IMG/VR virus record: IMGVR_UViG_2579778606_000002 | Coordinates: 1 to 64,000 of that record | Strand: one strand, 5' to 3' | DNA length: 64,000 nt | Origin: a virus | Lineage: Duplodnaviria; Heunggongvirae; Uroviricota; Caudoviricetes | Part shown: in pieces, positions 16,607 through 26,600 of the stretch | Layout: every line of letters starts with the position of its first letter | Numbering within the stretch: the stretch's first letter is position 1 | The notes under the pieces: generated by a model | The model's database searches: none | The model's input: the letters and a program-made list of their open reading frames with translations, nothing else | What the model was told of the DNA's origin: nothing | Translations under genes and position numbers: made by a program

Positions 16607-17305
16607 CAAATATCCCACTCGCGGTATTGCCACTTAGGCGTATGGTCAACCTGGCAACTCGGTGTCCTCAACGGGGAAGGAATAACCCCGCCATACTTAC
16701 CGCCGCGCCTGTCGCGGTTATCGCTACGTATCAACATAAAAGCCGACTGCCTGAGCAAGATTCACTTTCAAAGGCCCGCAGAAAGGAATCCATAGTCGGC
16801 TTTTATCTTGAAGCGGCTCTCTCTCCGCCCGTCACCGTCCTATCCCGGTTGTCGCGTTTGCCACGCCAGCCGTAACGAGGTTTAAAGTCTTTTCACGTTT
16901 TCATCACTCGACTGCCGTCTATGGCTGTTCGTTGCAGCGGGGGTGCCTCCCCCTGGGGATATCCCCGGCCTTACCCCCATTCTTTCAAAACACAATGCAA
17001 GGCCACATCCGCATAGGTGCATTACCGCAACGTTAAGGAGACTCAGAGTCAGCAAAATAAGAGGAAAACCCAACTCTGCGCCTCCTTAACGTTGAGGATG
17101 TGCACTGATGATGACCCGATGCAGCCTGGCCCACTTAACATACTCACTGCCAGATCATCATCAATGAACACCTTAAAAAGACCTTCCGTGGCTCAAGTCA
17201 CTGTCGTTTACTCCGTAAAATGCTCTCGCTGAAACCACTTTACGCACTAAACCTGCCGGGCATGTATTTGCACGGTGCCGGAGCTTTCCCTTACCTTAAA
17301 ATTTA

Positions 17306-17316
17306 CTTTCTAACAC
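17306..17316 (-). promoter_or_regulatory. operator-like motif (CTTTCTAACAC on plus strand)
   Basis: Partial copy of dispersed motif in ORF-poor region. Confidence 0.3.
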
Positions 17317-17434
17317 TTAAGTTTGTTTGATGCTGGTGGGGGAAGACAATGAAGTGACTATCAAACCCGCAAGCGACATGGGAAGCTCCCCACCAGCACG
17401 AAAAATTCTATGTTAAGTTAATTCCATAATCAAC

Positions 17435-17464
17435 ATGTTAGAAAGATAATTTTAGTTTTCTAAC
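17435..17464. promoter_or_regulatory. inverted pair of operator-like motifs TGTTAGAAAG-N10-TTTTCTAACA
   Basis: Two half copies in opposite orientation at the 3' end of gene 17468..18676. Confidence 0.4.
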
Positions 17465-17467
17465 ACA

Positions 17468-18676
17468 TTATTTCCCGTAAAGATTTTCAACTCCACCGTT
17501 CTTCTTATCCCACTCGTTCGCCCATACCCGGCAAGCATCAATTATTTCCTGACGTCGATCGCCCTGCATGAACGGAATGCTTTCATGAAAGCTGCTTGGA
17601 ATGCAGGCCACACTGAACACTGTATCAAACTCAGTCTGCTTGATTGCCTCCAACGTCTCTGGACGCATTTTCAATTCGTCGATCGGTGCATCCTTAGAGT
17701 CCATAATCCGGCGATGTAAGCGTGGAAAATCCGTTTCAAGGTACGCCATAATTTTATCTGCCAGACATTCGTCTATGTCGGTATTCCAGTCAGTTTCGAA
17801 GCCAGGAATTCGGTAGTAAAGCGGCGCTCCCCATACTGACGGGATCACATCCATCGTCAGCAGGCGGCTGGTTCTGATTTGCTGATGGTAATTTGCCGTC
17901 AGCAACGCTTCGCCACGTTGCCCAGTCTCCGCGACCAGACCATGCGGAAACTCATGGATATAGGCAATAGCTTCTCTTCCGTCATACATTAGCGGGAATG
18001 TCTCTGGCCTTTGCCCCATGCCACAGGCGCGATTCAGATCATGACCAAGCTCTGAGCACTCTCGTTTCAATGTTTCAATAATGCTCTGCGCCGCTGCTAA
18101 CTTTTTACGCAGTGTGACGAGTTCGCCTTGATACTCAACGCATTGCTGATTTAGCTTGGTTAAACGCTCTTTTAGTTCCCGACGCTCTCTTTTCAGCGTG
18201 CGGTTATCTTTCTCCGCAACATCCAGTCGTTTTGTCAGGCTTGGCGGATAGTCTTTTTTGTAACGACTCAAATCGACTTCAGCAGATTTGCGCAGTGTAT
18301 TTGCCTGCTCAAGACGCGCCTCCAGATTGCCGATCTCATTACGCATATTCGCGGCAAATTGATTAACAGCATCCCCCAGGCTTTCAACTGTCGCTGATAC
18401 ACCAGTGACTTGAGAAAAACGGATCAAGCCATCATTAACGGCTTGCTGATATTCCTCAAACTGATCCACCAGCTTATTGTAATCAACTGCCCCATCATCA
18501 AGGAGCTGGTTGATTTCCGCCACCAGGTTATCTGTAGTGGCAATGACGCTCTCATGCAGTCGCTTTGACAGGTCATCGCCCGGATTTCGTTTCTGTATAA
18601 GCGCGATTTGTGTCCGCAGCGTTTCAATTGCGGTTGAGATGATCTCCAGGCTTGATGATTCTACTTGCTGACTCAT
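17468..18676 (-). CDS. hypothetical protein, N-terminal coiled coil (approx residues 100-220) plus C-terminal globular domain
   Basis: 402-aa ORF with heptad-rich region (…LEARLEQANTLRKSAEVDLSRYKK…LKRERRELKERLTKLNQQ…); own operator-like motif upstream. Confidence 0.55.
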   Translation of the reverse strand: MSQQVESSSLEIISTAIETLRTQIALIQKRNPGDDLSKRLHESVIATTDNLVAEINQLLDDGAVDYNKLVDQFEEYQQAVNDGLIRFSQVTGVSATVESLGDAVNQFAANMRNEIGNLEARLEQANTLRKSAEVDLSRYKKDYPPSLTKRLDVAEKDNRTLKRERRELKERLTKLNQQCVEYQGELVTLRKKLAAAQSIIETLKRECSELGHDLNRACGMGQRPETFPLMYDGREAIAYIHEFPHGLVAETGQRGEALLTANYHQQIRTSRLLTMDVIPSVWGAPLYYRIPGFETDWNTDIDECLADKIMAYLETDFPRLHRRIMDSKDAPIDELKMRPETLEAIKQTEFDTVFSVACIPSSFHESIPFMQGDRRQEIIDACRVWANEWDKKNGGVENLYGK

Positions 18677-18700
18677 GTTTGTTCCCTTTCTTGAAATTAG

Positions 18701-18710
18701 TTTTCTAACA
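18701..18710 (-). promoter_or_regulatory. operator-like motif (TTTTCTAACA on plus strand) about 25 nt upstream of gene 17468..18676
   Basis: Exact 10-mer copy. Confidence 0.45.
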
Positions 18711-18752
18711 TATTTTATTAGTATGCAATTTCAATAAAAAGACTCAGGCAAC

Positions 18753-18774
18753 AAAAAACCCGCCAACTGGCGGG
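18753..18774 (-). terminator. rho-independent terminator (minus strand): CCCGCC-AGTT-GGCGGG followed by TTTTTTGTT
   Basis: Hairpin plus T-tract read on minus strand, directly after stop of gene 18786..19112. Confidence 0.55.
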
Positions 18775-18785
18775 TTTATGACCGT

Positions 18786-19112
18786 TTAGACGTGTTGGAG
18801 TAGCATGTATGCCATATAAATCAAAGCTATCAGTACGACAACTACCTCTGAAATTCTAAACGCGCGCTTTACTATCTGCCGCTCACCGTGGGGTATACCA
18901 TCCGAGTATTCCTGATCCGTCATTTTCCCCAGCCAGCTTACCGATAACAGAGCTGAATTCTCACTCATATCAAGTTCACTTACGGCCTCTCGTATAAGTG
19001 GCGCGGTTACTTTCCTGGAAGCAACTTTCATGGTTATGCTTCTGGTTCTTCCGGCGTCATCAGCAAACGTCAGATTTACGTGGTGTTTTCTGCTCAATGA
19101 ACAAACTCCCAA
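18786..19112 (-). CDS. small protein with C-terminal transmembrane segment
   Basis: 108-aa ORF ending …VVVLIALIYMAYMLLQHV. Confidence 0.4.
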   Translation of the reverse strand: MGVCSLSRKHHVNLTFADDAGRTRSITMKVASRKVTAPLIREAVSELDMSENSALLSVSWLGKMTDQEYSDGIPHGERQIVKRAFRISEVVVVLIALIYMAYMLLQHV

Positions 19113-19294
19113 TCATTGGCTTTCGCGCTTTCCGGGGTAATGCATACCTTGTCGCCGGTAACTATGTTTCGGGCTTCTAATGCCCCATCATCCATCTTTT
19201 TAAGCTCTATACAGAAAGAATGAGGCCATGAGCAGCGACGAGCAACAACGTTAGCACCGGCAGGGATAAGTTCAGCCACGTTAAGTAAACGCAA
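19094..19294 (-). CDS. hypothetical small protein, 66 aa
   Basis: ORF only. Confidence 0.3.
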   Translation of the reverse strand: MRLLNVAELIPAGANVVARRCSWPHSFCIELKKMDDGALEARNIVTGDKVCITPESAKANDWEFVH

Positions 19295-19308
19295 AACGAT
19301 TTCTCCGT

Positions 19309-19755
19309 TTAATCAAGATTTACATATTCCGTGATAGCTTTTATGGCTTCATCGGCACTGCGCGCCTCAAAGCAGTAATAGCCTGCTTCCGTGAGGCGAG
19401 TCATCCAGACGAGCTGTTCGGGAGTCAGACGGTTTCTCCCGTGCTTCATCTCAATGCGCATTCCGTGATACCCACCACGAGCAAGGTCAATAGAAAGGTC
19501 CGGATAGCCCTTCTTCTGACCTTCTGCCACCATCTTAATGGCTGTCCTTTTGCCTCTCAGGCCGCCGTTCGGTGTTGAGTGTGTGTGCTCATACACGTAT
19601 CGCATGTTGCGATACAGCCAATCCAGAACGCGAACCTGTTCGTAATGTTCGTAATTCCGTTTTAATAAGTCAGGATTTCTTTCTAACTCTCTCAGTGCAG
19701 CAGCGTGCGGGGATATTTCAGAATACGCACTATGATGCCTGCGTCTTCGCATCAA
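19309..19755 (-). CDS. VRR-NUC domain nuclease (PD-(D/E)xK fold)
   Basis: E..EQ..V..WL…PNGG.R…KKGYPDL…GGYHGMRIEMK.G…L.P.Q..W…L..AG pattern typical of VRR-NUC. Confidence 0.6.
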   Translation of the reverse strand: MMRRRRHHSAYSEISPHAAALRELERNPDLLKRNYEHYEQVRVLDWLYRNMRYVYEHTHSTPNGGLRGKRTAIKMVAEGQKKGYPDLSIDLARGGYHGMRIEMKHGRNRLTPEQLVWMTRLTEAGYYCFEARSADEAIKAITEYVNLD

Positions 19756-19765
19756 ATTTCTAACA
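19756..19765 (-). promoter_or_regulatory. operator-like motif variant (ATTTCTAACA on plus strand) abutting the ORF-track start of the VRR-NUC gene
   Basis: Motif copy; suggests the true start of the nuclease gene may be internal. Confidence 0.35.
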
Positions 19766-19941
19766 CATACTTACTGAAATCAGGAACACGATAATAACAA
19801 GAGCGTTATTTTTATCAAAACCGAGGGGAATACTACTGAAGAGATAGGCGGATGCAACAGGTCGGACTTGTTTTTAGAGTAAATGGTGATGCGGGTCAAC
19901 AAGCCGGGTAAATTGTATGTCATTTACCCAACTTGTTATTT

Positions 19942-20202
19942 TTAATGGTTTATTTTATCAGGCTCGTTAATTTCCATAACCGCCTTGTCGATAGCAATCA
20001 TCCATCCTTCATAGGATAAATCATCAACAAGTCCCACCAGCTTATCGTCAGTGTGCGGAAAATAAATCCATCCCCATTTCGAAGGGTTTTCTATATGCCG
20101 CAGGGTAAATACCCGCTTATAACGGTGGTATTCAAGGGCGTATCCCTTCCCTTGTGAGTACGCTTTTAAGTCGTCGATCGTAAACCTACGATTCTTCCGC
20201 AT
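19942..20202 (-). CDS. hypothetical protein, 86 aa
   Basis: ORF only. Confidence 0.35.
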   Translation of the reverse strand: MRKNRRFTIDDLKAYSQGKGYALEYHRYKRVFTLRHIENPSKWGWIYFPHTDDKLVGLVDDLSYEGWMIAIDKAVMEINEPDKINH

Positions 20203-20204
20203 GG

Positions 20205-20639
20205 CTACCCCACGATTCGATATTTCTCTATAGACTCGTCGTAACTTGTGTATACGTATGGCTCTGTATCATCAGCATAAGGCGCGACTTCCAGAGCATG
20301 AACGGGATTGTATACCGCGTCATTTTCCAGGCGATCGCTCGAATACAGATGCCCGGCTAAAACCGTAAGCGCCGGGCGACTCATTTTGTAGATTTCTGCC
20401 ACATCACTATCTACAACTTGTCCAAATGATATGTCGCCACGCTCCAGCAATAACGTTTTAAGCGCAGGCCACCACGGCCCATAAAGATGATAAAGCTGTG
20501 GATCTCTTTTCAGCCTTTCCGCCATGCCATCCAGATATGCATCCAGAAACGCCTCTTCACTCCTGCCATTGAGCGCCTGCGGCAAAATGTCCTCAAGGTA
20601 GGATTCCGTCGGTTTTACAGTGTCAATTAATGTCGTCAT
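20205..20639 (-). CDS. hypothetical protein, 144 aa
   Basis: ORF directly downstream of darB-like gene. Confidence 0.4.
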   Translation of the reverse strand: MTTLIDTVKPTESYLEDILPQALNGRSEEAFLDAYLDGMAERLKRDPQLYHLYGPWWPALKTLLLERGDISFGQVVDSDVAEIYKMSRPALTVLAGHLYSSDRLENDAVYNPVHALEVAPYADDTEPYVYTSYDESIEKYRIVG

Positions 20640-20675
20640 TCAAATTCGGCCCCGGTTGGGGCCGCTCCTTATCTG

Positions 20676-23600
20676 TTAGGCCGCATCGGCGATTATTTTA
20701 CGCAGTTCATCTACCGAGTAACGCGTAGATACCATCCATGCAGGACGGTCAAAGTTCACATCAGCAACCGGGTTTGCTTCAAAATTCCAGAAACGCCCGC
20801 CAATCTTCTTAATCGCGTCTTTGGCGTTCCGTATTGTCGAGGAACCAGGTTGGTCGGCAATGAGATAAACCGCACCGACGTCCTCGCTGACACTCCACCA
20901 GCGCCCGCGAACACGCGCCTTAGCGCGAATCGGCTTATCATTAACCACAATGATATAGTCATCATTCGCCGCTTCATCAGCTCTGGCTTCAGCCACTGCC
21001 GCCTGCTCTTCTCTTTTGCTTTCAGCCTGTTCAAGCCTTTCCGCGATCTCTGATTCGGTGGCCCCGCCGTTTTTCAGCGATACATAGTCTTGCCACGTTG
21101 CTGATTTGAGCGCATCCGGCAACTCATTCACATAGTCACCGTCTTTCAACTCACGGGCGCGGCGGGTAGCCATTTCTACCAGGCGATTAACAGAAACAGC
21201 ATCAGCAAAATCGTCCTTACTAATGTGTTTTTCATCAAATGCATTGATGACAGCCCCCACCTTAATCCACTGTGCTGCCGGTGATTCCAGGGGGTTATCA
21301 GCCTTAACAATGGCGAGTTTCGCTCCATCTACCCCATTATTCGCCAGCTGTTCCAATGCCGCCCATCCATCTGCATCACTGAGTGATTTATATTGCTCAA
21401 ACAATGCATCGCGCCAGGCCACCAGCGCAGAACGTGTTTTTTCGATCTTCGCCTTAATTTTCGCGATCTTGACCTGATTAAACATCCGTTCAATATCATC
21501 GATATTGCTAAAGGCTTTCATCCTGCCCTGGAATAAACGGTATGCCAGCACGGTCCTCCAGAATGATTCCAGACCTTCTCCGGACGGTTTGCGGAACAAG
21601 CTAAGAATATCTTCAGAAGTGACTTTATTAAGCGAACGACCTGACAGACCACGCCCAGCCATCCAGTTTTCGAACTCCTGGGCAACATCATCCATCGTTG
21701 CCTGTGCGCCCCATGCCTGCATTCCCTGGGTGTAATCATACCCATACAATGCCTGGAGGAATCCCTCGCCGTCCACGATATTCAGCGGGTTATCACTGGC
21801 TTGTATTTTTGCCACTTCACGCTTCAGCGCCTCGTCGTTGCCATCAGGATATATCCATCGCTCAGGTGCTATATCCGATGCTCGCCCGATTTTTTGGCCT
21901 ATCACGCCATCATAGGCCGATGACAGCGCGATCTGACCATCATCTGTGCGATATGCCCAGTATTTAATAGCTGACCCACCGCCCCATGCATTACCAGGTT
22001 TACCAGCAATAACATTCATTACCCCATTGCGAATAGCATCATAGAACTGATCGCGAGTAAGTATTGTTGATAGCTGGTGGCACTGAACACCACGCGCAGC
22101 CGTTGCGCGCGATTCAGCTACCCCCTCTTCAAAAGTTACCGCCTCAATCACAGAGTCAAACGGCAATGTAACGATTGACCCCGGTGCTCGAGCGTAACGA
22201 CTTGCTCTATCCAGCCAGGCGATACGGCAGAGGTATTGTGCTTTTTCACCGTCAATTTTTTCCACCCGGACAATCGCTGTTGTTTCGCGATCATCAATGA
22301 CTGCACGGTAATAACTACCTTTATGCAACAGGATATTCTTGTCAGTGCGCATATATTCCTGTGGGTTCTGAATAACATCGATACTGATATCCAGCACACC
22401 AGACTTAATAGCGCGCTCCACATCACCACGAGAGCGTTTCATTATGGTATCCGCGTCTTTTGCCCTGGTGATCGCAAACCGCAGCACCCGCGCACGTTTT
22501 CTGTAGCTACTCAACTGCTCAAGCGCGTATTTTTGCCCATTCCTGTTCGTACCCGCTTTTATCAGGTCGTCAAGATTGCGCTGGTAATACTCTATCTGTT
22601 CCATCGCGCTTTTCAGTTCTGTCTCCATCATGCCGATATCTTTTCCGGCGGCGTTTGCCGCTTTCAGGTAGATATCGAGAGCATTGTTGGCCTCGCGCTG
22701 TGCTTTCAGTTTCAGACGTTCTTCACGCTCTTGCGCCTGGCGAGCCATGATTGCGCGGCGTTCTTCCGGGTTTGCCGCCAGCATAATGGCGCGTTCATCA
22801 GCATCATCCGCATCACCATTGGCGATCTCTGACATGTCGGATGTCATCACCATCTTGATCCAGTCTTTCTTACGTTTCAGCGTATCCAGACGGAAGTCGT
22901 CGAATGTGCCTTTGCCACAATAGTAGTGAACATTGACCTTTTCTTGCGGTGAACCTACGCGCGCACCGCGCCCATTTCGTTGGTCGATACTGGCTGGTGT
23001 CCAGGGTAGTGTCAGGTGGTGGATATCGGTTGTCCCGATGTGCAGGTTAATACCTACTTCAGCCTTCTTGTTACAGATTATGATGCGCGTGCGACCTTCG
23101 TTATAGTCGGCGGCAATACCTTCCATGCCCTCAAGGCCAGCATCATTTTTAGCGGAGAGATAATCCTCATATTGGGCAAGTTTGCTGTAGTAGGTTTCCC
23201 ATGCCCCTTCTTTGTATTCACCGTTTTTGTTTGGAGTAGGTTCGGTCGGCTTATTCACCTTCTTCAGCTTGATGCCACCAGCCTGGCTAACTGTCGTCGC
23301 ATTGATAATGCCAATCTCCTGCTCCGGCATTTGCAGTGCACTGGCGATAATACGGCGCAGCTTCTGGTGCTGGGCTTTTTCATCAATAAAGACGATCTGC
23401 TTACCGTTCTTCAGACCTTCACGAAGATTTTCGATCAGCGCGGCATACTTCGGCGGGATGGGGTGCGATACCTGCTGCATATCAATGCCGGCAGCCGCAA
23501 TGGCCTTCAGTATTTCAGCTTCCAGTTCAATGCTGGCACGTATTTCAACATGCGTCGGATGTTCACTAAAAGCGGTCTTCACTACCTTGCTGGTACGCGT

Positions 23601-26600
23601 ACTGACCAGCCCGCCAGCGCCGTCTTCCTCGGCCTCATCAACATCATCTGCCACTTTACCGCCAGCTACTTTTGGCAAGGCATCAGCAATAGCTTTTACC
23701 TGGTCTGCAAGCTCAACGGGGAACTGGAATGTAATCGCACTGGCATACAGATCCGGGTCTATAGCAACCTTATCCATGTCACGGATGATGGAGAAGATGA
23801 AATCATCCGGTTTGTCGTTAGTGATATGCCCGTTTTCATCGACTGTCAGCTCATCATTGCGACTTAACTCCTGAGCACGCTTACGAAGCTCTTCATAAGC
23901 AGTCTCCTGCTCCCCTGTCATCGGGATCTGCAAGGTGTTCTCGATGATGTCGGGAATTTTAACCGTCGCTCCGACATCTGCAGCAGTCTTCAGAGTGGTC
24001 CACCGATGGAAAATACCACGCAGGCCGTCAAGGTTCTGGAAGCCCACCAGCCCCTGCTTCTCTTCCACTTCCCCGGAAATTTTCTGGACCTGAACTGTGG
24101 CTGTTTTGCCAAACACACGAACGAAATCATCAGGCGTAATGATGCCCATGCGCATCCACTCTTCCTGCGGAATGACAGTAGACAGCATGTTGAAGGCATC
24201 AATCGGACTGTTCACCAGCGGAGTTGCCGTCAGCATGACTACACCACGCCCGTTGTTGCGTTTCATCATGTACGCAGCTTTTACAGCCATGTCGCGGGCC
24301 ATCTTGGATACTGCCGGGTTAGGCAAATATGCCAGTTGTCCCGCTTCACGCCCGGCATTAAAGGAGTTGCGGTAGTTATGCCCCTCGTCGGCAATCACGC
24401 TATCGAAGTTCATATCCTCAAAGTACGGGATATTCTGCTTCTTCGTTGTACCGGTATTCGCGGCCTGATCCTTAATCTTGTTCTTCTTCTGCGCATCACG
24501 GTGTTTACCGGACGCCAGGTCAAGACGCCCCATTTCCACAGCATTAAAGACAGCTTGCTGTGAGTTCTCCTCGATGGTTTTTTCTCGTAGCGGGATAGAC
24601 GCGAATTGTTCTTTTGTCATGATGACCGTTCGCCAATTTGACGACGGGATCATGTTCATACGCTGAACGATAACGGCGCTGGAGGACTCTTTCACAACAT
24701 TTCTGGTAAGAGGCTGCCCGTTACTGTCGAGGCGTGGTTCGCCATTTTCATCAAGCACCGGCGCGGTCAGAATATTTCCGCTGTCATCACGAACTTCATC
24801 CAAACCGATAAACATCATATTGGCGAAGGCATCAGCACTGTAGAAACTCTGTGCCTCGTGATACCAGTTCTGATAAACCGCCTTCGGAACAACAATACAC
24901 GTGCGTTTAGTGCGACCTGTTTCGAAGTTATACGCCTCAAGCGCAAGCGCGGTCGTGGTTTTACCCAGCCCGGTACCAAATCCCATGATGCCACGCCCAT
25001 CTTCTGACAAGCGCCGAACTTCTTCATTCTGATAAGTCAGAGGAATGCGCTTTCCACTAATCCCTTCCAGGCCAAGCGGTGCGTCAGAATGTGTGAACGG
25101 AATGAAACCATTGAATGCGTCGTTATAGTCACGGGCTATCTGATCCGCCTGCGGGTGGGTGCGTAACCAGTCGTTAAAGCTAACTTCCAGTTGAGCAATT
25201 TTATCCAGGTACTCGTTAGCGTTCTGCCCACGCGGTTTAACACCGTTCAGGTAGTTTTCTAACTGGTTCAGGAAGCCGTCTTTATTGTTGGCCTTCTTGA
25301 ACTCATTCCCGTTTTTGCCGTTTACGGTTCGTAGCTGATAGCCGGTAAATACCCCGTCCTTACCTTCGTAATCGTCCGGAGATACCAGAATGCCATCGAC
25401 GACCTTCAGATCAGGTTCAGTGTACTTAAACTCGTCATAGCCCTGCTCTGCCAGGAACTCTTTTATCAAGCGGCGATCCAGCCAGCGGGCATTCAGATTA
25501 ACGGTGACTTTATTTAGTGGCGTGAAAATACGTTTCTCTTCGATTTTCGCCAACTGACGCTCAAAGTTCGCTTTCTGCTCACCTGTTGACGCATCACGCC
25601 AGCCCATCAGCAATGCTGTTTTGGTTGCAATATCGCCGCTGGTGGCGCGGTCCATCGGCAGCAGGCAGCCATACCCATCAATAGCGATATCATCAAATTT
25701 CGCCAAGTATTCAAGGGCCGCGTCGTCGTCCTCTGGCAGTTCACCAGCAAACGCCTCACGAAAGTCTCCCAGCGTTATAGGATTAAGGGCTACATCACTG
25801 AAAAGATGTGCTATCACTTGTTCAGGACGTGTAAAGTCAATACCGGCAGCACCATCTGTTACATCAAGTCGCCCTGCCAGAAGGTCAGAAGTGGAACCAT
25901 CCTGTTTCACATTGCCAGTGAACGTCATCCAGTTTTTAGCGCCAGCTTCAGCAAGCCCATTCAGCTTAATAGCGTGCGGTGGTCCATACTTCGCAACTTC
26001 TGCTGCCGCCAGGCGGGATGCATCTGCCAGTTTGTCATCAACGTTCACACCCAGGTTACGCAAATCAAGTGCCTTGTTGATCAACTGACCTATCAGCGCA
26101 CCGCGCATAACGCGCTCCCTGTCTTTTTCTCGCTGCTTGCCAGCAAAGCGAATCATTGCTGCCACTTCATCACTGACAACCGATGGATAGTCGGACGCGA
26201 TCGCCGATATCTGGTCCCATGACAAAGCCAGAATCCCGTTTGTTGACTGGAACGCGATCTGCAGATCGCCAAACGTCGAAACACCATATCGACTTACATC
26301 AAGTACGGAGGATTTGGTTGTCGCATCTTTAACCCATTGCAGGCCATCAAACTCGTGCCAGATGCCACCTACAAGGCGCTTGTCTCCTACTTTGGCGCCC
26401 TGCCATGCCTGAGTAGTTACGCCAAGCAAATCCCAATTAATGCGGCTTTCAAAGCGGCGCGATAGAGCGGTTTTCATCGACTCATTGGATACACGACCGT
26501 CCTTTTTCACCACCAGAGTATTGCGGAAGCTGGTACGTTCCATGTCGCCGTAAACAAATCGTTTCCCTTCGGTTGTAAACCATTTTCCTTTGAGGAAGGT

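Noticed and set aside
16390-16875. 161-aa plus-strand ORF in the ORF-poor region
   Set aside because: Pro/Arg-rich low-complexity translation, no RBS, spans a minus-strand terminator hairpin; more likely non-coding.
20647-20663. GC hairpin GGCCCC-GGTT-GGGGCC as an intrinsic terminator after darB
   Set aside because: No T-tract on either strand; more likely an intra-operon stabilising or processing hairpin.
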